Positions 47,189 to 57,349 of a stretch of DNA of 64,000 nt are shown piece by piece. The stretch is from an uncultured Candidatus Saccharibacteria bacterium. Lineage in GTDB: Bacteria > Patescibacteriota > Minisyncoccia > Phycocordibacterales > UBA9973. The translations under genes and the position numbers were made by a program. Where the stretch lies: assembly GCA_964645245.1 (NCBI GenBank), contig CAZYBS010000001.1:91388-155387 (forward strand), in the 5' to 3' direction. The notes beneath the pieces are model-generated. The model had not been told where the DNA came from and did no database searches. It was given only the letters and a program-made list of their open reading frames with translations. Position 1 is the stretch's first letter. The number at the start of each line of letters is the position of its first letter.

Positions 47189-47920
47189 TTATTTTCCCCT
47201 TTCGACATAAATCTGCTGACCTATCGCAAAAATATTATTTGTAATCCAATATAACGCAACTGCCCCGGAAAGAGAAACACCCAGAAAATCAGTATAAAGA
47301 ATGACAAAAATAAAAACTGGGAAAATATATTTCATCTGCATGTGCATGCTTTTGGCAAAACTTTCTGAAAAGGAAGGAGCCGAGCCGGCAGTAGCCGGAG
47401 AAATATTCGGTTGGGGCATAAAATATACTTGAAAGTATTGGGATACACCGGCTAAAATTGCTAAAATAAAACTTTTCTTGCTTATATCAAGAACTCCCAA
47501 GAAAATCATATTTATATTTTCTGGGACATGGATAAAAGAATAAAGCAGCTCGCTTTGAAAATTTATTCCCTTAAAAAAAACAAAATATAATGCAAAAATA
47601 ATGGGAATCTGAATTAAAACCAAAAGACATCCGGAAAACGGATTGGTTTTGTGTTTTTTATAAAGTTCGAAAGTAAGTCTGGCTTGTTCTTCTTTGCCCG
47701 CTCCGTTCGCCTTTATTTTATTGAGCTCCGGAGCGAGCATATTCATAGCAGCCTGACTCTCAATGGATTTTTGGGCAAGAGGAAAGAGTATGATTTTAAC
47801 CAGAATGGTAAGAATAATAACCGCAATTCCCATATCTCCACCGGGGACAATTGAAACCAAAAAAGCCAATGCATTCAGTAATGGCTGATATAAAACAGTG
47901 TTCCAGATATTTAAGAGCAT
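47189..47920 (-). CDS. yidC: Membrane protein insertase YidC
   Basis: NPFSGCL, QIPI, LYWITNN. Confidence 0.93.
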   Translation of the reverse strand: MLLNIWNTVLYQPLLNALAFLVSIVPGGDMGIAVIILTILVKIILFPLAQKSIESQAAMNMLAPELNKIKANGAGKEEQARLTFELYKKHKTNPFSGCLLVLIQIPIIFALYFVFFKGINFQSELLYSFIHVPENINMIFLGVLDISKKSFILAILAGVSQYFQVYFMPQPNISPATAGSAPSFSESFAKSMHMQMKYIFPVFIFVILYTDFLGVSLSGAVALYWITNNIFAIGQQIYVERGK

Positions 47921-47954
47921 TATCTAATCTTATATTAAAATGGGAGATTGTCCA

Positions 47955-48176
47955 CTATTTCACGGGATCAAAATGATTCTTCTGCCACGGATGACAGCGA
48001 AGAATACGAAATATGGAAAGGCAGGAACCTTTGATAATCCCGTATTTATTTATTGCAACTTTCCCATATTCCGAGCAAGTAGGATAAAAAACGCAACTTC
48101 GCTTTCTCAAAACAGAAATATTTCTTTGGTAAAAATTAATTAATTTTATCAAGTATATTTTTAATTTCATTTTCAA
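47955..48176 (-). CDS. yidD: Membrane protein insertion efficiency factor YidD
   Basis: CVFYPTCSEY, RILRCHPW. Confidence 0.93.
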   Translation of the reverse strand: MKMKLKIYLIKLINFYQRNISVLRKRSCVFYPTCSEYGKVAINKYGIIKGSCLSIFRILRCHPWQKNHFDPVK

Positions 48177-48462
48177 TTATTAAAATATCAGCTTGGTACT
48201 TTTTAAAAACAAAAACACCTAAAAGTCTGGTAGGGAATTTATTAATATATTTTTTTAAGACAGCATACCCATGTCGTCTTAATAAATTTCGATTTACTGC
48301 CTTTTTTGAAACAGTTTTGGGTACAATAAAGGAAATACGCGGAATACTGGAGTTATTATTTAATATGAACTTAAAAGTTAAATTTGGAGAAGTAAGAAAT
48401 TTCCCATCCTTAAAAATAAAATCTATGTCTTTTTTACTGGCCCTGTTTTTTTTAGCTAGCAT
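48136..48462 (-). CDS. rnpA: Ribonuclease P protein component
   Basis: KKAVNRNLLRR (RNR motif); synteny. Confidence 0.92.
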   Translation of the reverse strand: MLAKKNRASKKDIDFIFKDGKFLTSPNLTFKFILNNNSSIPRISFIVPKTVSKKAVNRNLLRRHGYAVLKKYINKFPTRLLGVFVFKKYQADILIIENEIKNILDKIN

Positions 48463-48486
48463 AACTTGTCCCGCTATAGGCGTGGA

Positions 48487-48621
48487 TTAAACAGACAGCT
48501 TCTTCCTACCTTTTCTTCTTCTTCTCAAAAGCACTTTTTGACCAGCTTTGACCCTGGACCTAATTAAAAACCCGTGGGTTCTGGCTCTTTTTCTCTTTTT
48601 AGGCTGGTATGTTTGTGACAT
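48487..48621 (-). CDS. rpmH: 50S ribosomal protein L34 (not in ORF track)
   Basis: [44 protein letters not shown]. Confidence 0.95.
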   Translation of the reverse strand: MSQTYQPKKRKRARTHGFLIRSRVKAGQKVLLRRRRKGRKKLSV

Positions 48622-48638
48622 ATCCCCATTCTATAGTA

Positions 48639-48658
48639 TTATCCACAGTTTATCAACA
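48639..48658. promoter_or_regulatory. DnaA boxes upstream of dnaA
   Basis: TTATCCACA 48639-48647 and TTATCAACA 48650-48658. Confidence 0.8.
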
Positions 48659-48724
48659 TAGTTAATAAGTTTTTATGGATTTTTATAGGTTTTATTTATT
48701 AGGTAAATAGTATAGTATGGAACG

Positions 48725-50074
48725 ATGAATACAAAACAGCTTTGGGAAAATTGTCTGATTGAAATTGAAGCAGGGATGTCCAAAGCGAATTTTAGCACTT
48801 GGTTTAAAAATACATCTATTATAAAAGAAGATACGGGTACCATTTATATTGGCGTGCCAAATGAATTTGTTCGTGATTGGCTTATGAATAAATACCATAA
48901 ACTCATCACCAGGACTATCGCCAACGCCTATGAAAATATGCGGGCGGTAGAATACATTATTGCCAAAATGGAAGTAGTTAAGCAAGAATTGGCTACAACC
49001 CCGGAGAATGTAGGTTATATAAATAAAGAACTACCTCTGAAAGATCTTTACATAAATCCGGAAGATAACTTAAACCCGCGCTATCATTTTAATTCTTTCA
49101 TCGTGGGATCTTTCAATGAACTTGCCTATGCTGCATCTCAAGCAATAATAGATAGTCCGGGTACGAAATATAATCCATTTTTCGTCTATGGGGGCACCGG
49201 CCTCGGCAAAACTCATCTGATCCAAGCTGTGGGAAATTCAATAAAAGAGAAGTACCCAAATAAAAAGGTGCACTATATGACTTTAGAGAAGTTTGCTACC
49301 GACTTTATAAATTCATTGCAGAGCAACAAGGCAAATTCCTTCAAAGAAAAATACCGTAAGTATGATCTTTTAATTATAGATGACATTCAATTTATAGGTA
49401 AAATGGAAAAAATCCAGGAAGAACTTTTCCACACATTTAACACCTTTCATGAAAATAATAAGCAAATCATTTTTTCTTCTGATAAACACCCTAATTATAT
49501 TCCTGAATTAGCGGACCGTTTAAAGTCTCGTTTTGCTGCTGGAATGATAGTGGATATCTCCCCGCCGGAGTATGAGCCCCGTCTGGCAATTTTAAAAGTA
49601 AAATCACAAGAACTTGATATCAATCTAGATCAAGAAGTATTGGAATACATTGCCGGGGCGATAGACGGTAATATTCGAGAACTTGAAGGAAGTTTAAATA
49701 CCATCGTCTGCCAATATCGCTTGAAAAATAGACCTCTTTCACTGCCAGAGGTAAAAAACCTGCTCAAAAATAACATGAAGCCTAAAAAAAATATGGCTAT
49801 AAAAGATGTTGTGAAAATAGTGAGTGAATATTATAAATTGGAAGAGGCATCGGTTTATGAAAAAACCAGAAAGAAAGAGATAGTCCGAGCAAGGCAGGTG
49901 GTTATGTATTTACTCCGAGAAGATTTTAATGTATCATACCCTTTAATTGGGCAAAAATTGGGTGGGAAGGACCACACAACGGTAATACATTCATATCTAA
50001 AAATTAAGGCGGATCTAAAAAACGATCCACAATTGTCACAAGAATTAGAACAAATAAGAATTACATTTAAATGA
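48725..50074 (+). CDS. dnaA: Chromosomal replication initiator DnaA
   Basis: YGGTGLGKTHL, LIIDDIQF, GGKDHTTV. Confidence 0.98.
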   Translation: MNTKQLWENCLIEIEAGMSKANFSTWFKNTSIIKEDTGTIYIGVPNEFVRDWLMNKYHKLITRTIANAYENMRAVEYIIAKMEVVKQELATTPENVGYINKELPLKDLYINPEDNLNPRYHFNSFIVGSFNELAYAASQAIIDSPGTKYNPFFVYGGTGLGKTHLIQAVGNSIKEKYPNKKVHYMTLEKFATDFINSLQSNKANSFKEKYRKYDLLIIDDIQFIGKMEKIQEELFHTFNTFHENNKQIIFSSDKHPNYIPELADRLKSRFAAGMIVDISPPEYEPRLAILKVKSQELDINLDQEVLEYIAGAIDGNIRELEGSLNTIVCQYRLKNRPLSLPEVKNLLKNNMKPKKNMAIKDVVKIVSEYYKLEEASVYEKTRKKEIVRARQVVMYLLREDFNVSYPLIGQKLGGKDHTTVIHSYLKIKADLKNDPQLSQELEQIRITFK

Positions 50075-50212
50075 TTATTGGCAAGTTGTTAGACAATAAT
50101 TAAAAACAGTGAAACATATTAAACAACACCAAATAAGATTAAACGTATTTATCCACTTATCAACACCATTAATAGTATTAGTAAGTTAAATAAATAAAGA
50201 TATAAACATAAT
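50075..50212. other. Probable oriC unwinding region
   Basis: Tandem TTATCCACT/TTATCAACA (50149-50165), then TAA-TAG-TAT-TAG-TAA trio-like run and an AT-rich tract. Confidence 0.7.
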
Positions 50213-51310
50213 ATGAAACTAGAGTGTAGTGTTGAAAATGTTAAAAATAAAATTTCCCAAGTAGAAAGAATTACCGGTAAAAACCTAACCTTGCCTGTTT
50301 TAAACTCAATTCTCTTAATTGCATCCGGAAAATCTTTAAAACTTAGAGCTACAAATTTAAGTCTTGGTATTGAAGTTGAGATTCCCGCGAAAATAGAAAA
50401 AGAGGGAATACTGGCTGTTTCCGGGTTGGTGTTAAGCGGTATTTTTTCTAATATTTTTCAAAATGAAAATGTTTACCTTGAGGGTCTTGATGGAAATTTA
50501 TTGATCCAAACAAAAAAAAGTAAAATAAAATTAAAAGGCCAGCCACACGATGATTTTCCGACCATACCAAAAGTTACCGGAACAAATTTTGAAATAGAAT
50601 CAAAAAAATTAACGGATGGCATAAAAGCGGTTTATTATAGTTCTTCCGTATCGGACATAAAGCCTGAAATTTCAAGTGTTTTCATGTATACCAATGAAGA
50701 TAATTTGGTATTTGTTTCTACTGATTCTTTTAGATTGGCTGAGAAAAAAATTAAAATAAAAGGACTTGGAGAAATTCCTGGAATTCTCATTCCATTTAAA
50801 AATGTTTCAGAAATATTAAGAGTTTTTGGGGAATTTGTTGGTATTATAAAAGTGTGTTTCAATAAAAATCAAATTTCTTTTTCATCTGACGATGTTTATC
50901 TAACTTCACGGGTAATTGACGGAGTTTTTCCCGACTATCGCCAAATCATCCCCAAAAACTCTTCAACCAATGCTATCGTGCTGAAGCAAGATTTATTAAA
51001 TGCGCTGAAGCTTTCCAATATTTTTTCCGATAAATTCAACCAAGTGAATTTAGCAATTAAGCCCCAAGAGAAGATTTTTGAACTCTCCTCCGCTAACAAC
51101 GAAGTCGGAGAAAATAAAACATATTTGGATGCCGCTCTAAATGGAGAAAATATTGAGCTTGGTTTTAATTATAAATATTTTTTAGATTGTTTTCAATCAA
51201 TTACCACTGATAGCCTGTCCATAAAACTCTCCGGAGCCACCAGCCCGATCACAATCTCCCCAGTGGGAGATACCTCATTTATTTATCTTATAATGCCGAT
51301 GAATAGGTAA
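50213..51310 (+). CDS. dnaN: DNA polymerase III beta clamp
   Basis: ATNL, STDSFRLA, FPDYRQIIP, LIMPM. Confidence 0.97.
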   Translation: MKLECSVENVKNKISQVERITGKNLTLPVLNSILLIASGKSLKLRATNLSLGIEVEIPAKIEKEGILAVSGLVLSGIFSNIFQNENVYLEGLDGNLLIQTKKSKIKLKGQPHDDFPTIPKVTGTNFEIESKKLTDGIKAVYYSSSVSDIKPEISSVFMYTNEDNLVFVSTDSFRLAEKKIKIKGLGEIPGILIPFKNVSEILRVFGEFVGIIKVCFNKNQISFSSDDVYLTSRVIDGVFPDYRQIIPKNSSTNAIVLKQDLLNALKLSNIFSDKFNQVNLAIKPQEKIFELSSANNEVGENKTYLDAALNGENIELGFNYKYFLDCFQSITTDSLSIKLSGATSPITISPVGDTSFIYLIMPMNR

Positions 51311-53827
51311 TTACTGCTGCACTTTAAATATTGAAGTTGCTTCATTACTGTTGTAAACACTATCGTAGGCGATTATTTTGATTTCATTCTCCATTTGCAA
51401 GTTTTCTAATTCCCCGGGGATAAAAGAAAAAGCAGAAGTGAGACTGGAGGTTCCCAAATAGGTATCGTTTACAAAAATGTCTATTTTAGCCAGCGGATAA
51501 GGGCCAGAGCTCAAAATTTTTAAATTTATTTTTTGACCAGGCAGGTAAGTTGTTTTTACATTTGGTTCAATAATTGAGATAATTGGTTTGGCTGAGTCGG
51601 TGTGTACGTCGTCCAGCATACTTGGCTTTTCGTTCAAAGTTATTATTCCGTATTTTCCTTTATTTTGCATCCACCAGTTTTGTACTGGTATTTCCCAATG
51701 GCTAAATTGTGGATCGTCGCTCGGGTTTAAAGGCGGTGCCCCTAAAATATCATTTTTATTTATCCAATAAAGAATTGAGTGCACATTGGTTATTACTTTT
51801 TCCTGCAGGGTCTCCTTGGGGGTGTTGGAATTTGCCAATTTACGGGAGATTTTATCTATAAAAAAGTTTTCATTTCCTTGCCAAAATCCTCGAAGGGCTG
51901 GTTTTACCGTCTTCGGGTCGATATCCAAGTTTGGCTTTTCAAATTTTTCATCGGGTAGAGTTTTTAAAACCTCATTCATAAATTTATTCCAAATCGGTCC
52001 CGCCACGGCCACCCCGCCTTTCTTCATTGGTCGATTGTCATTGTTGCCCGCCCAAACACCGGCAACAATCGATGGGGTATAACCGATAGTCCAGGCATCT
52101 TTATTATTATTTGTTGTCCCGGTTTTCACTGCCACGTCTTTCCCGGGTATAAAAAGAGCTGAATGTATTCCGAAAGTCGGGCTACGAGCCTTTTCATCAG
52201 ATAAAATATCTGAAACAGTTAAGGCGGTATTTTTAGGTAAAACTTCCTGTGCATTTGGCGTAAATTCTTCCAGGATTTTCCCGCTTAAATCTTCAACTTT
52301 CAAAATTCCAGTATATGGATTTCTAATACCATCATTGGCAAAAACTCCATAGGCCGATGTCATATCCAGAAGCGACACTTCTCCGCCTCCAATAACCAGG
52401 GTCAGTCCGTATCGGCCAATATCGGAGAGAGTGCTAATCCCCAGATCTTCGGCTGTTTTTAGTGAATCGGAAGTCCCGGCTAAGTAAAAAAGTTTTACCG
52501 CTACCAGGTTGATTGACTGCGCTAAAGCATCTCTTAAAGAAATTGGCCCACGGAATTTTTCGTCATAGTTGTCAGGCATATAACAATCTTTTTGATTGTG
52601 TCCAGGCAGAGCTTTGCCTTGCGCGTTGCAGGTTGTCTGGAATTCTGTCGGCAAGTCAAAGAGCATGGTGTCGGGGGTAAAGCCTTTATTGAAAGCGGTG
52701 GCGTAAATGAAGGGCTTGAAAGATGAGCCCGGCTGCCGATTGGCGGTGGCTATATTATAGTTGCCGTCTATGCTTTTATCAAAGTAGTCCCTAGAGCCTA
52801 CCATTGTTAAAATCTGCCCAGTTTTAGGGTCTATCGCCACCAGGCCGGCATTTTCCCCATTCCAATCTTTTTCATTTTTCAATGCACCTTCTTTTACAAT
52901 TTGCTCTGCTTTTTCTTGTAAATCATAATTTAATGTGCTGATAACTTTCAATCCGCCTTTTTCTACCATTTCACTTCCATGTTTCTCTTCCAGATAATCT
53001 TTAATGAAAAAAACAAAGTGCGGCGCCTTAATCCCCATCGTCGCCGGTGGAATAAAAATTACAATTTCCTTTTTTGCTTTGTCGTATTCTTCTTTAGAAA
53101 TGAAATTTAGCTCGGACATCCTGGAAAGCACTAAATTTTTTCTAGCTTCCAATTTGTCTTTATTTTTGCCATAGGGCGACAATAAGGTTGGAGATTGCGG
53201 GATTGATGCCAAATAGGCTGCCTCCGCCAGGGTCAAAGAGCTTGCTTCTTTATTAAAATAAGTTTTACTGGCTTCTTCTATTCCATAAACATTTCCACCG
53301 TAGGGAGCTTCATTTAAGTAATATTCCAGGATTTTTTCTTTCGGGATGGAGTTGTCTATTTTAATTGCCAAGACCCATTCTTTTATTTTCCGGGCATAAG
53401 TTTTTTTCTGTGTTAAAAGAGTATTTTTTACTAACTGTTGGGTTATGGTTGAACCGCCTTGAGTACGGCCGGTGCCAAAAATATTGGACAAGACAGCGCG
53501 AACAATAGAAGTAATTCTTATTCCACGATGATTATAAAATTCAGAATCCTCAATGGCCACGGTAGCGTTTTTGATATTTACCCCCATATTTTCAAAAGTT
53601 ATGTCAGTTCTTTTTGTATCTTTATGTATATCATAAAGTAGAATCTCTCCCGTGCGGTCATATATTTTTGTAGAATTTTCTATTTTTCTGTCTTCAAAAG
53701 AATGAAAATCCGGAATTTTCAAAGAAGAAAGCCAGACGATTATTATTCCGGTTATCAAAATAACAATGCCGGCAGAAAGTAATATCACATTTTTCCAGAA
53801 ATTTTTATTTCTAGGTCTCTTTTGCAT
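51311..53827 (-). CDS. Class A penicillin-binding protein
   Basis: EDSEFY, GGSTITQQL; GSSFK, SIN, KTGT. Confidence 0.95.
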   Translation of the reverse strand: MQKRPRNKNFWKNVILLSAGIVILITGIIIVWLSSLKIPDFHSFEDRKIENSTKIYDRTGEILLYDIHKDTKRTDITFENMGVNIKNATVAIEDSEFYNHRGIRITSIVRAVLSNIFGTGRTQGGSTITQQLVKNTLLTQKKTYARKIKEWVLAIKIDNSIPKEKILEYYLNEAPYGGNVYGIEEASKTYFNKEASSLTLAEAAYLASIPQSPTLLSPYGKNKDKLEARKNLVLSRMSELNFISKEEYDKAKKEIVIFIPPATMGIKAPHFVFFIKDYLEEKHGSEMVEKGGLKVISTLNYDLQEKAEQIVKEGALKNEKDWNGENAGLVAIDPKTGQILTMVGSRDYFDKSIDGNYNIATANRQPGSSFKPFIYATAFNKGFTPDTMLFDLPTEFQTTCNAQGKALPGHNQKDCYMPDNYDEKFRGPISLRDALAQSINLVAVKLFYLAGTSDSLKTAEDLGISTLSDIGRYGLTLVIGGGEVSLLDMTSAYGVFANDGIRNPYTGILKVEDLSGKILEEFTPNAQEVLPKNTALTVSDILSDEKARSPTFGIHSALFIPGKDVAVKTGTTNNNKDAWTIGYTPSIVAGVWAGNNDNRPMKKGGVAVAGPIWNKFMNEVLKTLPDEKFEKPNLDIDPKTVKPALRGFWQGNENFFIDKISRKLANSNTPKETLQEKVITNVHSILYWINKNDILGAPPLNPSDDPQFSHWEIPVQNWWMQNKGKYGIITLNEKPSMLDDVHTDSAKPIISIIEPNVKTTYLPGQKINLKILSSGPYPLAKIDIFVNDTYLGTSSLTSAFSFIPGELENLQMENEIKIIAYDSVYNSNEATSIFKVQQ

Positions 53828-53865
53828 TATTCTAATTATAACAGGGATTATGTTATAATCCGAGT

Positions 53866-55050
53866 ATGAAAGTGATTATAGATGAGGACAAAATTATTGG
53901 ATTACTCAACCGAGGGGTTGATAAGATTTACCCTTCTTGTGAAAAGTTAGAACAGGTTTTGCGTTCTGGGAAAAAACTCCGGCTCTACCAAGGCTTTGAT
54001 CCGACCGGGGATAAACTTCATATTGGCCATATGGTTGGCTTGCGAAAACATAGGCAATGGCAAGACCTGGGCCATGAAGTCATTTTTCTTGTGGGTGATG
54101 GTACTGGCCAAGCGGGGGATCCAACTGGCAGAAAAAAATCGAGAGAAAAATTTTTTACCCGGGAAGAATTGCGCGCTAATGCTAAAAATTATCTTACCCA
54201 AGCAAAAAAAATAGTCCGCTTTGACGGGCCAAATCCTGTTAAGATAATGTACAATGCAGATTGGCTAAATAAATTAACCCTTATTGATATTTTAAATATC
54301 GCAGGACACTTCTCTGTTCAACAGCTGATTGAACGGGATATGTTTCAGGAACGTCTCAAGGCGGGTGATTCCATAAATCTCCGCGAATTTTTATATCCTC
54401 TCCTTCAAGGTTATGATTCTGTTGCCATGGACGTAGATTTAGAATTGGGAGGCTCTGACCAGACTTTTAACATGCTGGCCGGACGGATGCTTATGCGCGC
54501 CATGAAGGGCAAAGAAAAATTTGTGATGACGACACCCCTGCTTTCTGACTCCAAAGGTGTCAAGATCGGTAAAAGCGAAGGTAATGTGATTGGGCTAACC
54601 GATGAACCAAATGATCTATTCGGTAAGATTATGTCTTTGGGAGATGATGCTATTATCCCCATGTTTACGCTCTTAACAGACGTGCCATTAGATGAAATAA
54701 ATTCTTTTAATATAAAAAAGAACCCTATGGAGTTAAAGAAAAGGGTAGCTCATATTCTAGTCACAACACTTCATTCCAAGAAAGAGGCAGAAAAAGCGGA
54801 AGAATTTTTTTCTAAGACTTTTCAGAAGGGTGAAATACCGGAAGAGGTTGAGGAAATAAAAGGAGGAGAAAAACCACTTGATATATTTGTTGTAAATGGT
54901 ATTGCTTCATCAACTTCTGCAGCTAGACGTCTTTTTGACGCTGGGGCTGTTACTGATATGACAGACGGTAGAAAACTAACATCAAAAGATGAACTCAAAA
55001 CTGGTCACGTTTACAAAATCGGCAAACATCGCTTCATAAAAATAAAATAA
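53866..55050 (+). CDS. tyrS: Tyrosine--tRNA ligase
   Basis: GFDPT, HIGH, YPLLQGYD, GGSDQ, KIGKS. Confidence 0.96.
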   Translation: MKVIIDEDKIIGLLNRGVDKIYPSCEKLEQVLRSGKKLRLYQGFDPTGDKLHIGHMVGLRKHRQWQDLGHEVIFLVGDGTGQAGDPTGRKKSREKFFTREELRANAKNYLTQAKKIVRFDGPNPVKIMYNADWLNKLTLIDILNIAGHFSVQQLIERDMFQERLKAGDSINLREFLYPLLQGYDSVAMDVDLELGGSDQTFNMLAGRMLMRAMKGKEKFVMTTPLLSDSKGVKIGKSEGNVIGLTDEPNDLFGKIMSLGDDAIIPMFTLLTDVPLDEINSFNIKKNPMELKKRVAHILVTTLHSKKEAEKAEEFFSKTFQKGEIPEEVEEIKGGEKPLDIFVVNGIASSTSAARRLFDAGAVTDMTDGRKLTSKDELKTGHVYKIGKHRFIKIK

Positions 55051-55084
55051 AATACACAGGGGTCTCCTGTGTGTTTTATTTTTT
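55044..55084. terminator. Bidirectional terminator
   Basis: AAAATACACAGG-GGTCT-CCTGTGTGTTTT. Confidence 0.7.
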
Positions 55085-55217
55085 ATCTATCTTTATCTGG
55101 GTCTTCTTCATCTAAACCAAAATCAGTCATTTCTTCCGGCATCTCTAATGGTTCATCGTCATCAGCGCCACTTATTCTAAAACCATCCTCCATGTCCACG
55201 TCCTCATCATAACTCAT
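55083..55217 (-). CDS. 44-aa highly acidic microprotein (not in ORF track)
   Basis: MSYDEDVDMEDGFRISGADDDEPLEMPEEMTDFGLDEEDPDKDR; ends at the terminator. Confidence 0.6.
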   Translation of the reverse strand: MSYDEDVDMEDGFRISGADDDEPLEMPEEMTDFGLDEEDPDKDR

Positions 55218-55306
55218 ATAATTTAAAAATTAGTTTAATAACTTTTATTTTGTACCAAAATATGAGAAACTTGGCAATAGCAAGAAGCCTTAAGGTGTGG
55301 ATAAGT

Positions 55307-55786
55307 CTATTGCCTTTTATGCGCAAAGGCGGTCAAAGCTATAGCGATAGCATCCAGTTCGTCATCGGAGGTCTTGGATTTATCAGTTTTTACCAGTATT
55401 TTAAGCATTTTCATCACTTGTGTTTTATCCGCCCTACCATAACCGGTCGTGGCTATTTTTATTTGAAGGGGAGTCGCTTCAAAAATTTTGAGTCCTGCTT
55501 GCACAGCTTCGTAAACCACGACTCCCCGCGCTTCGGCTACGCGCATGACAGTTTTTTGGTTGGTATTTAAAAATAAAGTCTCAATCGCCAATACTTCCGG
55601 CTTGTATTTTTTTATTATTCTTTTCACCTCTGCGCCGATTAAAGCTAATCTTTCCGAAAATTCTAATTTTACCGAAGTCTTAAAGCATTCGGAAAAAACC
55701 ACAATTTCTTTCTTGCTGTTTTTGTCTTTTTCTAAAATTGCAATCCCCAACCTCTCAAACCCCGGGTCTATTCCTAAAATGCGCAT
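55307..55786 (-). CDS. ruvC: Holliday junction resolvase RuvC
   Basis: ILGIDPG, AIETLF, GYGRADK, DDELDAIAIA. Confidence 0.95.
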   Translation of the reverse strand: MRILGIDPGFERLGIAILEKDKNSKKEIVVFSECFKTSVKLEFSERLALIGAEVKRIIKKYKPEVLAIETLFLNTNQKTVMRVAEARGVVVYEAVQAGLKIFEATPLQIKIATTGYGRADKTQVMKMLKILVKTDKSKTSDDELDAIAIALTAFAHKRQ

Positions 55787-55896
55787 AATATGCAGTTTAA
55801 CATTTTTTATTGACTGAGGAGTTGAAGGAGGTGAACGGCTTATGGGCGCGAGGCACTTCTTGAGGAGTACCCTTCAGGGGGAGGCGGATGAGTTCA

Positions 55897-55983
55897 TCTC
55901 CTCCTTATGGAGGAGGAGTGCCGAAGGCGAGGTGGTGATTAAATAGTTACCACCCCCAACCCCCTCCTCAATAAGGAGGGGAG
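55897..55983. repeat. REP-like doublet, family A (intergenic)
   Basis: Near-exact reverse complement of the in-frame insert at 45592-45682. Confidence 0.85.
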
Positions 55984-55985
55984 GA

Positions 55986-57050
55986 CTACATCAACTTATT
56001 CTGCCTTCCCGTAACATCAAAATCCAAGTGTTCATATGCTTTCTTAGTAGCCACACGGCCCCGGGCGGTGCGCTCAAGCAGTCCGAGTTGAATTAAATAT
56101 GGTTCTATCACTTCTTCCACCGTGGCTTCTTCTTCAGACATTGCTGCGCCGATGGTTTTGAGTCCGACCGGCCCGCCGTTGAATTTCTCAATCAATATTT
56201 CCAAAAATTTTCTGTCAGAAGAATTCAAACCAATATCATCAACCGCCAGCATGTTGAGAGCATCTTTGACTACTTTATAATCCAAATTTTTTTTACTTGC
56301 CCCGCCCTGGCGTGGGTTGACTTGGGCAAAGTCGCGACAGCGTTTCAAAAAATAATTTGCTGTGCGGGGAGTGGACCGGCTTCTCTTGGCAATTTCTTCT
56401 AAAGCATCTCTGTCAAATGTAATTTTTAAAAGTTTACTTGACCTTTTTATAATTTCGGCAATTTCTTCATTTGAATAAAATTCCAATCTGAAAACTCCGC
56501 CGGAAAATCGCGACCGCAGAGGGGAGGAAATAAGGGCTACTCGAGTGGTCGCCGCTATCAGGGTAAAAGGCGGGAGGTCTAATTGAATAGTGCGGGCGGA
56601 TGGTCCTTTGCCGATGATGATGTCTAAAACCCCGGACTCCATAGCCGGATAAAGTATTTCTTCAACCATTTTATTAAGCCGGTGGATTTCATCTATGAAA
56701 AGAATATCACCGGAAGAAAGATTGGTTAGGATAGAAGCCAAATCACCCACTTTTTCAATCGCCGGTCCGGAAGTTATTTTCATTTGCCGGCCGGTTTCTT
56801 TGGCTATTAAGTGTGCCAGGGTGGTTTTGCCTAATCCCGGAGGTCCGTAAAAGAGAATATGTTCAGGAATATGTCCGCGTTCCTCTGCAGCTCCCAAAAG
56901 GATTTTAACGTTGTCTTTTATGTGTTTTTGGCCAACATATTCATCCCAGCGGGTAGGGCGCAGGGTTTTGTCCAGCAAGGAGTCTTCAGTTTTGCTTGCC
57001 CCGCCGTGGCGTGGGTCTTTGTTTTTAGGGGTTGACATTGCAGTTGACAT
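55986..57050 (-). CDS. ruvB: Holliday junction helicase RuvB
   Basis: LRPT, GPPGLGKTTLA, FIDEIHRL, LYPAME, EPYL. Confidence 0.97.
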   Translation of the reverse strand: MSTAMSTPKNKDPRHGGASKTEDSLLDKTLRPTRWDEYVGQKHIKDNVKILLGAAEERGHIPEHILFYGPPGLGKTTLAHLIAKETGRQMKITSGPAIEKVGDLASILTNLSSGDILFIDEIHRLNKMVEEILYPAMESGVLDIIIGKGPSARTIQLDLPPFTLIAATTRVALISSPLRSRFSGGVFRLEFYSNEEIAEIIKRSSKLLKITFDRDALEEIAKRSRSTPRTANYFLKRCRDFAQVNPRQGGASKKNLDYKVVKDALNMLAVDDIGLNSSDRKFLEILIEKFNGGPVGLKTIGAAMSEEEATVEEVIEPYLIQLGLLERTARGRVATKKAYEHLDFDVTGRQNKLM

Positions 57051-57195
57051 TAATTGTATAATATGCTATATTGCTTGCACGGTACCTTTATCAACAGGGT
57101 ATCAACATAGCTATCAACATTATAGCACTTGTGTGCTTTTGCATATAGTAAAATTACATTAGAGAGATGATGTTAAACCCCGCCAAGGACGGGGT

Positions 57196-57349
57196 AAAAA
57201 GGCATTAATCTCTAAGCAATCAGCCATCGGTTATATGAATTTGCATAGGACGTTCTGGTAAGATTTATCTTTTCTGGGGCTATCCTATAAAAATTCGTTA
57301 CTCTCGGGGCCCAGCCCTGAAAGGATTGTTTAGAGATTAATGCTTTTTT
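57196..57349. repeat. Long-hairpin element, family C (intergenic)
   Basis: GCATTAATCTCTAAGCAATC...GATTGTTTAGAGATTAATGC arms; inner GGACGTT...ATCCT and CTCGGGGCCCAGCC. Confidence 0.75.

Noticed and set aside
55778-55805. dif-like site (TGCGCATAA)
   Set aside because: Only the XerC-like arm matches, the XerD arm is missing, it overlaps the ruvC start and it is near oriC
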